Source: Podarcis bocagei (taxonomy: Eukaryota). From it: 64,000 nucleotides of DNA. The stretch lies in NCBI GenBank assembly GCA_964188305.1, contig OZ076885.1, one strand, 5' to 3'. Position 1 is the first letter of the stretch. Each line of letters begins with the position of its first letter. Position numbers and translations under genes: made by a program. Below the pieces are notes generated by a model. It did not search any database and had not been told where the DNA came from. It was given only the letters and a program-made list of their open reading frames with translations. This document shows, one piece after another, positions 13,201-26,357 of this stretch.

Positions 13201-16200
13201 TATGAGCCACTCTACTGCATCAGTTCTCATGGTCATCATCAGCTTCATATCCCATTTATAAAGTGGGAAATGCCATTATCACTTTGGAAGAGTGAACTGT
13301 GCCATGACTGTAGCAACTAGTGCTATGGTGAGATAGGCTGCCTCGAAGGCCAGCAAACGGCTTATTTGTATTATTAACATCATTGGGGCAAGGAGGGTAC
13401 TGTTTAGGTGTTCTGCCTCAGGCACAATATATTCAGCCAGCTCTTTCATCTTGCCTTCATACCTCTCACAAGAAACTCCTGCCCATCGACCCGGGATTCG
13501 CCTTTGGGCTTCTGCAGGAGGGAGATCCAGTGGTGCATCTCTTCAGGGATGTCACTGTTGCAGTGAATGACTCTATTTGCTGTGATGATCACAAAGGAGT
13601 TTGGCCTGAAAAATCACCAACATCAAAATTAGTATCTCGTCGTCAACATCATCATCATCATCAATATTAATATTTTTCCAAAGCCGCAACACAAATCTGT
13701 TTGTTTTTTTGCCCAGACACAAGCTGAGCAAGAAGAAAACATGTGAAGGTTAGGCTACACACAGAAACACATTGATTTTGCTCTCCTTTTCAAGGATGCA
13801 AGTCAGATTACTGCTTCAGATGCAACTTTAAAACTATGGAAGCGCTTAGTGTTTGCCACGTCCAGAAAAACTACTATTCTGGAAGAAATGGGCATGTGTC
13901 GTGGGGAAGAGGGAGAAGTGTATGAGATGTCCGATTTGGCCACAGTGACAGATGTCTTAGTTGCATCCAGTTTGGATTACTCTAACACACTCTACGTGGG
14001 GCTGCCTTTGAACAGTACTCCGAAACTTCAACTGGCTCCAAAAGCTGCAGCCAGATTGTTGACAGGGGCTGGTTATAGGGAGCAGACGACTTCCTTGCAA
14101 GAACGGCTCCACTAGCTACAGGTCTGTTTCCAGGCACAATTCAAAGTGCGGGTTATTACCTATATAGCACCACATGGCTTATGCCCAGGCTGTCTGAAGG
14201 ACCTTACTGACCCATACAAACCTGCCTGGGTCTTGAGGTGAGCCCCTTCTCCTGGTCCCACCCCCTCACAGGCATGCATGGTGGGGACATGGGTGTGGGC
14301 CTTCTTGGTGGCTGCTCCCAGTCTCTGGAACTCCCTCCCTAGAGATGCTAGACTGGCTCCTTGTTGCCTTTGCACTGGCAGGTAAAGGCTTTCTTGTCCC
14401 AACAGGCTTTTGGGAACTGACTGCTCTTAATTAAATTAAAGGGCTGGTGCCATGCTGTTTTGATTGTAATTATTGGTATGCCTTAAACAGATTTTATACA
14501 TGTATATAGTTTTCATTATTGATTAAAAAAAATGTTTTTAGTGGTTCTTGTTTCTATCTGTAAGCTGCCTTGAGTCCCAGCAGGGAGAAAAGCGGGGTAT
14601 AAATAAATAATAATAATAATTAACAACAAAAATGATGGTAATATATAAGGGAAAGCACCCCACAGGATGGTACTGTGGCATAAAAGCAGCCATCTCTCTG
14701 CGGAGCACACACAACTTTAGCTCATAGGGCAGGTAGTATGTAGTTGCACACACTTTCCTGAAGTATGAAACACCCAGAGCTCGAGAACCCGAACCCACAG
14801 CAACTAGACTTTATTAAGAGGAAAGCAAATGCTTCAAGGAGCTTCTGGAGCCAATGGCCAGTCACTAAAAATAAACACAGCCATTTGGGAGATATTTATA
14901 CTGGCTGGAGGCATTTTAAGTAGCTACTTATCTGTTGCATTTATATTTACTCAAATATGCAGTAGATGGATTTAAATATTTCCCCCTGTTACACAATTGT
15001 TGCTGCACCAAAAATATTTGAAAATCACAAAACGAAAAAGCACACACAAAGAGGAACTCAGCTGTAGCTTACCTGTCAGGATTGTCAGAAGCACAGACTG
15101 AGTCTATGAGCCCCACGTCCAGGGTACCCTTTAAAACAACAACAACAAAAATGGAACAAACTTCTAGATATATGCAAGATCCAGTTCCTACCATTCTGTC
15201 CCAGTCCAGTTTGATCCACACATAGGCACCCACTATTTATTGCTTTTAAATTCATCTTGCTTTCCCCCCTGCGGTTCTAAACTGATTTTTAGCTGTTTTT
15301 ATTATCTTTTGTACATCACATCGGGATGTTTGTGGAAGCCAGCAGCAACAACAATACACGATGTGGCTCTGCAATTAGAAGTAGGCCGCATTCATAATTG
15401 TTGGTGTCACCAGGAGGCAGTGAACATGTTGAGTCCCTAAGTGCACCACTTTACTTTCTCCTAGAGGGCAACTTTCCTCAACCTGTGGCCCTCCAGAGGC
15501 TTTGGACTACAACTCCCGTTAGCCTGAAACAGCATGGTCAGTGATGAGAGATGATGGGACTGTAATCCCAACATCTGGAGCTCCTGTAGGAATGAATGTG
15601 TGGATCAAAAACCTCTGACCTCTATGGATGACCAGGTTCCAATGTGTGCCAGGGGTGAGACATGGCACTCCCCCTCCCCATAAGTCCTTATACCAGTGTG
15701 TGAATGAGCTCTCTTTGTATGTATGTGTGCTTACATTTATCTTATCTAGACATACACACACACTGTAAAATCGAAGAAGCATCAGGGAAGATACCTCCAA
15801 GGGGAAAAGTACCAGCTAGCATGGGGTTAGTTTCCTGTTGCAGATTTAGAATGCGTCTCCCACACATGTCTTGCTAGATCCCAATCTGCTGTTCTGATTA
15901 GCAGTGATCAGTACAGCCCCAATACGGCATGCAAGGGTCAGATATGCTGATTCAGTTATCTGTAACGTAACACCTTCTGTCTGGCCCACCCTAACAACTT
16001 CAAGCATTCTGCCATCAAGAGTGGAATTTCAAAAGCCCACCTTCCCCTTCCATTTGCAAGCTACAGTTCCTGGGCACAGTCCACCTTTGACGGTATTCTT
16101 GGTTTGGTGTCAGGCCCTAAATGAAGACATATTTGCTCTGGCTTTATTAACAAAATGGGGCTCCCGTATCCCTTCCCCCTAAGCAGTTCTTTGAGGTTGA

Positions 16201-19200
16201 CAGTCCTGGAGGGTTGGTCACCTCTCCAAATGACACTTGGTGTACACACTACTCCCCACAAAGATCTTCCTGGCATTGATCATAATCCCTTTGCCCAAAT
16301 CCTGCTTCAGATATGTCCTTTGCCCACCATACCTGCCATCAAACTAGTTAGGGGCATTAAATCCTTCAGGCAGCCTCCCTTTTATTTCAAACTCAGTCCT
16401 GTAAAAGGGTGCCCATGAAGAACTCTCCTGCCGTTTACTGATGAACACAAGAAGAGCCCAGCTGCTGGATCAGGCCAACGGCCCGTCTAGTCCTGCATCT
16501 CGTTCTCAGTGGACAACCAAATGCCTAGGAACATCCTTCATCAGCTGCTAGGCAGCCAGAAGAGTGACACTTTCAGGGGTCCACTTGACCCACCACTCAC
16601 CACAGCATTCTTTGGGTTGGCTTGTTCATCCTGCATCTCTCTCAGCTGCTGCTCTGTAGCACTGTGCACACGGCTCAGGACATTAAACCAGTCACTGGAA
16701 GAAAGACAGAAGCAGAAGACACTTTTAAAAAAACCCCGCATATATTTATTACTGAAATGGTTAATTTTTAATAGTTTAGAATACTATAATTAATATGCAG
16801 TTGTATACAAAGCATCATAGAAGTAATTAAATATATTTACTAATACCAATAACATCATACAAAGATTGAAACAATGACCTGATAACATGTATATCATGAT
16901 TCATCTTCTACTCTCCTGCCTTTCCCTATTTTTATAACTGCTTCTCTATTTAGAGCACAACATCATGGGAGGGGTGTTGCTTTCAGCTTTCCCACCCCTC
17001 GCCTAGGGAAAAAGCAGAAACCTTTTAAGAAAAACACACACCTATCCCTGCATCCCCTACCTGGCATCCTCTGGTGATTCTGCCACTATGTGGTAAACTC
17101 GATCACTTGTCACAATATCAAGGGCATTCTCTTTCTCGTGAATATCCACAATCTCCCTGAAAAACAACAAGTGTGAAGAACCAGGATGAAAAAGCAGCTT
17201 GTCAATTTGGCATCCATCTCTATTGGCCTGCCTGGTCTCAAGGAGGCTCAGCGCTTCCCTGATCTCTTGAAAATACTTGAGAACAAGGAAGCAACAGCAC
17301 CCAAAGACGAAGTAAGGTGACAGGCTGGTGTGGGAATGAGGGTACTGCCTACTGCACCTAGAGACCACCTTTGGGGGCTGTGTTGATAAGGATCCACTGC
17401 AAGGGCAACATCACTGAAAAGACTTTTAATGTGGGCAAAGAGACAGCTAAACCAATTCAAGTTGAATAGTACTGACAAGAGAGGCCAGGGGGAGTGCACA
17501 AGAATGTGGGGCAAAATTCGCTGCAAGAAAATTCTCAAATCAGTCCTAAGTAGGCCCATGCAGGGGGGGGGGGGACAGTCAGTTGCACTTTTCACAGGCC
17601 TCAGAGGGCTAAACAGGCTGGGGGATACCACCAGGGGCCTGCCAGACTTAAGCTATCATGCCAAGAACAAGACTCCCGCCCCAGGCCTCAAACAAGCTCT
17701 GCATGGGCCTGGTCCTAGAGCGTCATTATGCATGCAGGACTGACACTGAAGCTTTAAAAATAGCCCTTGCACCCAGGTAAGGGGCTCTAAGGCCCCACCC
17801 TCTCTAACAGCCTCAGGCCTAAAGATGTCCCACAGGACTTAAGGAGTCAAACAATTTCCCCTCAGGCCCAGGTTGTTAAGGATTCCCCAAATCCTGTTAC
17901 CAATCAATATTGATACTGATTTATCCCTAGGGTTACAGACATAACAGTGTCCCATACTTGGCCTTCCTGATGTCAATCGTCCCTTTCAGCTTCTCTTCAC
18001 TGTCGTTCTCAAAGTACATCAGCTTGGCCTCTCTCAGCACAAACCAGCGCCGTTTCCAATTCCGGCGAGACAGCGTGGACATGCCTCCTCCCTTCTTGTA
18101 AAGCCAGCCTGACTTCAAGGCCTCTTGCTTGGCTCGAAACCACATGAAAGCCTCGTTCTTCAGGACACACCAGCGCCGTCTCCAGGGGTTCATCAGGCCC
18201 CCTTACAAGGAAGAGAAAAGAGACACAGTCAAAGTTACTGCACCACCAGAATGTCCCCATCCTGCACTCCACAAGCACCTGACAAAGACAGTGGCAGGTG
18301 TATCTTCCTGCCCTTGGCTGTAACAGTTCCCTGAAAAATGTGGGGCCTCCTGTAGACACAGAATGCTAACATGCAAAAGCAATGCACAAGTTTATCACAG
18401 TGGCATTAGCTGCAACGTACAGCGAGGCAGCGGTTGACTTTTTGTATTACTACCTCCCCCTACAACCCTAAAAATACAACACCCTGGTCTGCCAGTTACC
18501 AAAGTAAAATTGGGAGTGGGGAGGTAAATGTGTGTACTTGCACAAGCCCTCACAAAACTGGCATGAGATATTTTGTTACCTGAAGTGAGGCCCAAATGGT
18601 GCCTCCTCCCGCCCCACTAAGACCAGTATCTTTTTTATAAATGCAAATTTTGTAGCCTCAAGCTTTAATTTCATTTATCCACCCCCTTGCTACTACCCCA
18701 AATACTGCTTCACAGTGCTGCCAGATCACTTCAAGCATATTCCACAACAGGGCCTCTGCCATCTCTAAAAACTGTTATCATCTGTACATGCCCATTAAGA
18801 CCCAACACTTGGGACTGGATATCACAGCCTTTATGTGGATGCCAATGCAAAGCAACCAAGATCCCTTCTAATCCCTCCTTGACAAAAAGCCTTACTGACT
18901 TGATCTTGGAAATGAAGAAGAACAAAACAGCAAAACAGGGAGCAAATACTGAGGGGAGATGAGAGGGGATTAGGGAGCAGGGGAAAATGGCTCAGCTTAG
19001 GGAACTGACCAAGCTGCTTACCTTTCATGTAGAGATAGCTGTGAAAATAGGCTGGCCCCGATCCATTGAGCACAGTGACCCGGCTGCTGCAGAATTCTTC
19101 ATCCGTGTCCATATAAGCATCCCCTTCATCCTCACTGTCTAGAAACTGGAGGCAAAAAGAATGGTTACGCTCCAGAAACAAAGCAGCACAACCTGCCAAG

Positions 19201-22200
19201 TCCTATCGCACTTCCACTACAGATCTGAGTACTGAGCTGCCCAGGCAGTATGATAACCATACAGAAGCAAGAATGATCTAAAGTGGGTGAGTGATTTCAA
19301 GGCAAAGGCCAAAACCTGCCATACTCAGTTGCCAACATGTGGACTTTGGCCTCTATTTCCATTTGGGAACTATCTGCTTTAAGAACCTCCAATTTTCTAT
19401 TGCAATAGTTCTCTGATGTTCAGCCAAATGCATTCTGGCCATCTCAGCTTCTGTCTCTCTCTCATTATCCCCCTTCGGGGGGGGGGGCAGTCTAACCCCC
19501 TTCTGCAGCAGATCATGTGAAAAGCTACAACTTTACACACAACCTAACACACACATACACAATATGTCCTTATGGGCAGCACAAAGGGGTGAACTGCCAT
19601 TCTACATGGGATAGCTTCTAAAGTATATGAACTCCCTTTTTAAGATCACCCCCAAAAGGTTCATACAATGAGTGTGTTCTCGGGGACGGTGGCTGTTGCG
19701 TGCATGATTAATCGGGTCAAACAATATCCAGTAAGTGCCCTTGTAAATCTGGCAGATACAAATACCCATACAGTAATTGTAGCTGCAAGTAATGCACCAA
19801 TACCAGGCACAAAATCCATATTCCAACATATATAAAAAACATACAAATGTGCATGAAGATGTGAAGAACAAAAGGGAAATGTGCATATATGGGATGCATA
19901 TGCAAACATATGCGCACAGACACACCAGTTGTGCAAGTAAGCTTTTAGTATCACACAGAAAAATACAAACATGGCAGAAAATGGGTAAAGTAACCAATAG
20001 CTTAAGGCAGTCAATGTGGTTTCCTCTGAATGTTTCTGGACTACAACTTCCAGCATCCCTGACCATTGAGCCGTGCTGGCTGAGGCTAATGGGAGCTGGA
20101 GGCCAAAGGCTACCCCTGGGTTAAAGGAAACACAACACAATGGATTTTAACACTTAAGAACAAAACAAAATCCTGTGCCTATATTTTATTATTTATATCC
20201 TGCCTTTCTTCCATTATATTTGTATCCTGCCTTTCTTCTATGATGGAACTCAAGGCAACACACACAGTTCCCTGGAAGTCTCCCATCCAGGCATTGCCCA
20301 AGCCCAGAACTTCTTGGCTTCATCCAAGCTATTGCATCCTGTACCTTCAAAACCACATCCTGAGACAAGGGAAGACTGAAAAAGTTCCAAGGTCAGCTTG
20401 CAAGAAGAAGTGGAGTTCTTTAGGAATCAGTCTTGGGACTTATTTTATTCACTACATTTTCCCCCTTTCTTTTTTGTTTGCAACTTTGATTGCAAACAGG
20501 AAGAGTGTGGATTAAATTTTCCAATGAAACCAAGCTGGGAGATGCCTATGAGAGACCACAAGGATTGGACAGTTATGCAAGATGAAACTAGGCAAGCCTA
20601 TGGATGGGAGGGAGCAGAAATGTGTTCACAAGCATCATGATGAAATGCAATGGCTGTGAATGTGGACTGAAGAAAACAAGTGCCTTTTAACCCCAAGGAG
20701 CATGTTAACACAAGGAGTTAACACAAGAGAGCACTGAGGTGCCAAACGTGCACAGGAAAGATAAAAAGAAAAACACACTTCCTGTTTCAGAGCAGGATCT
20801 GTTTTTCACTTCAAGGCAAATGGCCCTTACCGAGTCTAAGCTGCCGCGGTTGGAGTCCATGCCGTTGCTGTGGGAATTGCGCGATGCCTCCTCCCCATTC
20901 AGGGGCTCAGCGGACGTGCTGCCAGCCTCTCCGCTGCCATCAAACTCCTCATGGTCATAGTCAGACTCCACATCTGGAGGCAAGCTGTAAATTGGCTCTT
21001 CTGAGTCCCCATTGTCACTCTGCAGGATTTCCGAGGCTGATTGGTAGATGCTTTCCATAGGCTGCTCCTTCTGGGGGCTTGCAGATCTCTCTGTGGAAAG
21101 ACACAGAGTGTTGCCCTCCTCGTTCTCTCCCTTCCTAGGCACTGGCATATTCGGAGAAGCATCTTCCTCGGAGTAATAGTTGTCACTGGTTCTGGTGCTG
21201 CTGTCCTGGTTCAGGAGACTTGGGCTGGGAACTGGTGGTCCCTCTTCATCTGCAGGAAAGCCCTCGTCTTCTTCTTCCTCAGCCAGGGGAGCTACAAGGC
21301 TGCATTCAATGTTGAGGGTCCCTTCGTTGGACAGAGAGTGCTCAAAGCCTTGCACGCTCTCATCCAAATTCCCAAAATCCAGCAGCTCCAGGAACTCCTG
21401 CGCGACCCTGGACGCCTCCTTCTCCAGCCTCTGGATCTCCTCTTCCCGCTGCCGCTTTATCTCGTTCTTGGTGTTCTCACAGGTGATGTGGTCAGTCTTC
21501 TGCTGCCACTGCAGCTTCTCAATCTCCCTCTCCAGTCGCAGGATCTCTTCCATCTGACGCTGCTCCTCTTCCTGTAAAGGCTGGTCTTCCTCTTGGGTCC
21601 TTAGCGCCTCCATCTGAAAGAAAGGGTCACCCAAAGGGGCACAGATGACAGACTTTCAAAGATCAGCCTTAATGGAGTCACAGTAACAGATCTGAGAAAG
21701 CAGGTGCGTGCATGGCGGCCAAGTGGCACTTCCCTCTGCTCCCTGCATGTACAACATTTCTTCTAATTGTTCTAAGGCATGAGAAGAGCCCTACATCAGG
21801 CCAATGGCCCATCTAATCCAGAATCTTGTTCTCTCAAAAGTGACCAACCAAATGCCCATGTCCAGCCTGCAAGCAGGACCTGAGTGCAATAGCACTCTCT
21901 CACTCCTTGTGATCCTAGCAACTGGTATTCAGAGGCATACAGCCTCTAACAGTGGCTGGAGATGGGTCTTACTTAAAAAAACCCAACCTGTTTGATGAGG
22001 TACTCATGGGACAAAAGAACTAAGCATCTGTACTGTACACCAAGGGAAGCAAAGGCTCTCACAGGCACTTCCAACTCGCTTAAAAGGCTATGGTCTATCT
22101 CCAAGCCAAGCCAAGTGACAATAGGCTGGATTCAAATGTGCCTTGGATGGAAGTGTCTTTGATCCACCAGAAGATCTCATTAATGAACAGGGGTCAGTGG

Positions 22201-25200
22201 GGAAGTCTTTTGCTGATTCCACCTCTCAGCTGCAGTCCCCTCACCATTTTGAAAAAAGGGGCCATTGAGCCTGTGTCTGGTTCAAGGGGGAAATTTCCAC
22301 TGGCACCAATGCAAGCTTTCATTCAGAGACGAATAGCAGCTGCCCCCCCCCGTATTTTTCAATGGGAATGGGACTGTGGCACAAAAGAAAGAGGTAAACC
22401 CGCCGTCCCACATGCCACATTGATAACCCTGATCAGGATTCCACAGCAGCTGACATTTACACATTCCACTATATTTGTACAACTATGGGTTGTATCCGGT
22501 GTTTGCAGAATGCAGTTCTGTTTATTACAGTACTTTGAAACTGTCCTCAATCTAGATGACACTGTATCGCCGTTCCTAGGATCAAGCTACATGTAACACT
22601 CAACATCTAGGGACATATCCAACACTTTTCTTCTGCTCATGCAACAAACCTCTGCTTTTGCAATTGGACTTCCCCATCTGCTCCTTGCACACCCCCAAAA
22701 TCTGCTCCAGAGGGTCCCCCAACCTTCTGGAGAAGATTTTGAGGATGTGCGATGAGCTTCAAGGAAGAGGAGAGGAGAGGGAAGTTCTGTTGTGCAAGTT
22801 GATGCCTGTTGGCATACAACCCTAGGTGTTTATATTACTTTATAGGAGTGGAGCGTCATCTAGACTGAGGACAGAGTCACCCTAACAGCATAGCACTGCA
22901 TTCTGCAAACAGTACCTTGGATTAGCTTGTAAAGAGGGAAAGGTCAAGCAACAAAGATCACCAGCATGTCTTCGTATTCTGCTTAGTATTCTGAAATGAG
23001 AGGCATATAATGGGAGTCATAATGGAACACACCTGAGCCATCTGCAGTGCTGCTTCAAGCTGCTCTTTTTCTCTGTTCAAAAACAAAGAACAAACTCATC
23101 AATAAAATCTACAGTCCAGCTTGCCATGAAAATTTGCTGAAATCAATGAAGTTTTAAATAACACTGCTGCCTCAGTCATTTGCATTCAGATCAAAAATTT
23201 TGTGAGCTGTAACAAAGCCTTTAAAGTTAAACCAAGGGAAATTATTATATTAATGAAATGCTTGGGTTTTCAGTTTTGGTAAGGCTTCAGAACAGATGCT
23301 GACTGCTATTGAACACATATGGAACAACAATTCACACTGCAGAATGCATGTGGAGGGAAATGGAGGCTGCCTCACAGTGGATAAAAAATGTCATATGAAC
23401 ATACTCTTTAGTCAGAAGGTCGGCGGTTTGAATCCCTGCGATGGGGTGAGCTCCCATTGCTCGGTCCCTGCTCCTGCCAACCTAGCAGTTCAAAAGCACA
23501 TCAAAGTGCAAGTAGATAAATAGGTACCGCTCTGGTTCGCCCGAAGCAGCTTAGTCATGCTGGCTACATGACCCGGAAGCTGTACGCCGGCTCTCTCAGC
23601 CAGTAAAGCGAGATGAGAGCTGCAACCCCAGAGTCGGCCGTGACTGGACCTAACGGTCAGGGATCCCTTTACCTTTAAAGTAGCTGAAGGCACCCTCTTC
23701 CCATAGGACAGCCAGATTATCTCAGGCTTGGTTTAATTTGAGGTGTGCAGCTGTGTCAAGACTTCCCCGGCTCTCCCCTCTTGTGACTGAGGAACAAGCT
23801 AAGAAACTGGACAGAGTGGAATGGAGGCAAGGTCACACTGAAGACTCCTGATTGACCACAAAGCCAAGAAAAGGGAATTGGAGGCTGGACTTCTAGAATA
23901 AATAAATAATGTGGGATCCGAAACTGTGTTTTTAAAGAAAAGTAGTTTCCCTCAAGAAGAAGCCTTCTAAAAATACACAACTTCCTAAAGTCACATATCA
24001 TTTTCCAAGGGTAAAAGTAATAACTTGGCTGGTAATCACCACTTCATTATTATTAGAGCTGTAGACTGTGGTAACATATGTGGAACAGTGTTGGGCGCAT
24101 ACACAATTAAAAAACCCCAATACCTATATAATGTATTTTTTAAAAAAGCTCACTGCAAATGGGTGTATGTCAAGGACAGAGAAACTGTACACATTATTAA
24201 TAATAATAAATTAAATTTCTGTAGCAATTGTTCAATCTTCCCTGGCTGACCTACAAACAAGAAAATATTAAAAACATGGTACTGATGTTTTAATGAGGTG
24301 GTTTTCCCCACAAGGTTATATTGACATGCTACTGCTGCTGTGTTATTTTATTGTTGTGCTACTTGGAGGTTTTGCGTCAAATAAAAAGTAGTTTAGAAAC
24401 CATACACCCTTATTTATTTCATAAAATTTATGTTTATAGAAAGTAGGATCATAGTGTTAGAAGGAAGCAGTTACTACCACTGCGTTGCAACCTGTGGCGC
24501 TCACCCTTGTAGTCCTGAACCAGCCACCTGCCATGATGTCCTGCGACAACCTCAGAGCCTAGCGCTTAGTCGTCCTTTCAGCCCAGAGACTAAGAGACAT
24601 GCCCAGGTGCGCTGCTTTGAGGCTTCCAAATTCTGCAGAGTCCAGATATTCAGGAAGCTTCAGACCACCTTGGCCCACCTGGCTCACAGGGACCAGAGCA
24701 AGTTGTGCAACCTCCATAGCTAGTCTCTTGTGCCGAGTATAGGGGTGCCCCAAAGGAAAAAGTCCCAGCTTAGTGGTATCATCCAGATGAGCCCTATCAT
24801 TAGCACTGTGTGTTGTGCAATTCTCACTAAGCATGGAATTTAGTATCAGCTTGCAGCTATAAAGGAGTGAGGTTGGGCTCAAAAAAGAATGCAGGAAGTA
24901 ACTGGTGAAATCTGCAAAGGCAGAGAGGATGTTGGGTAATGTTTCTAATGGTCAGGAGGCGGGGCTTCAGGGCATGCATGGCTCCTCCCCTACTAGAAAC
25001 ATATATATGCAGACTTACTTCCCATAATTCATTTTTTAAAAGGTCACCGAATTCAAGTCTGTCTGAGCACAATTTGGCTCACCTGGATATAGAAGTTTGG
25101 TAATGTGTTGCTGCGCTTTTAAAGTGGTGAATATGCAAAACTCTGCCTATCACGAGCAACACATCAAAGGCAGAGTCCTGTTTGGACTGTTCCACTTCAG

Positions 25201-26300
25201 GCTACAGGGGGCTGATCAAATGGCAAGAGGGATAAAAAACACCCCACAGTCCTCCACATAGAAAACTAAAACACCAGAGGTAGGTAAGCCAAAATCCTTA
25301 TCCCTGACACCTGATTTTCTATACGCAGGGAATCCTTTACATGGAGGAACATTAAATCATGTACATCCCTCTCACTCCTGCAGTCTGAAGTGGTACAGTC
25401 CTGGCACAAGTTTGCCTCTTCAGCTGCAGTTTTGTGAAAGCGGGGCCAGGGAGACAGAACCAAGACTGCCTGGTACCTTTTCTTCTCCTCTTCCTCCTCC
25501 TGCTTCCTCCTACGCTCCCTCTCTTCTTGCCATTGTCTTTCCTCTTCCTCCTTTCTAATCCGCTCTTCCTCTCGACGCCTCTGCTCCTCAGCTTCCCGTT
25601 TCCGCTGCTGTTCCTCCTCTAGCAGGTGCCGGTAGAGGCTGCGAGCCAGCTGCCCACGCCAGTGCTTCTGCAGGACAATGGCAGAGGCTTTCAGGCGCAG
25701 GAGGGACTTCTTCCAGAAGTGAGCACGGTAGTTCTTTTGGATAGTCACGACACTGGCTAGCACCCTTCGATACCTCTTCCTGAGTCAACGAAAGCAAGGT
25801 GGGGGTTACTGTCAATCAACGGCCCTTGCTCACTAGGTTCTCCTCAGCATCTGCCTCAGAAACCATCTGACCCAGGGGTACCAAGATGCCAGATTCAATG
25901 AATCAGCACAACCACAGCCGCTTTCTCCAAAAAACATTTCCCCAGGAAGCCACTCCTTCCATGCTTTCCTTTCTCCTCCATCTGTCACCCACCTGGTTTC
26001 TGGAGAATGCTTTAGGCATCTCCCTCTTGGGGCCACTCATTTCCTGTTTCTACACCAGCTCTGTCTTTGCTAAGCACTTTGAGTGGTGTAATGGCAAGGA
26101 ACCTCCCAACCCAAGGCAAAATGGCAGATTCCCCCATCCCTCCAAACAATAAAGGGATGGTTCCTGTCATGACCTCCTCCCAGCATATCAGTCTTTTTTC
26201 CAGATGCTCCCACATAGACAGCCATGCACTGCTCTCCTAAAACAGAGGAATGGGTAGTTTTTACACCCACCCACCCACATATGAAAGCTAAGGTCCCCGT

Positions 26301-26357
<57 letters not shown>

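Noticed and set aside
19602-20140. Cluster of 150-aa ORFs
   Set aside because: Low-complexity (CA/TG/AT-rich) sequence giving Cys/Ile-rich translations with no domain
21041-21577. Plus-strand ORFs opposite exon 25 (also 8552-8926 and 6178-6517)
   Set aside because: Antisense shadows of real coding exons
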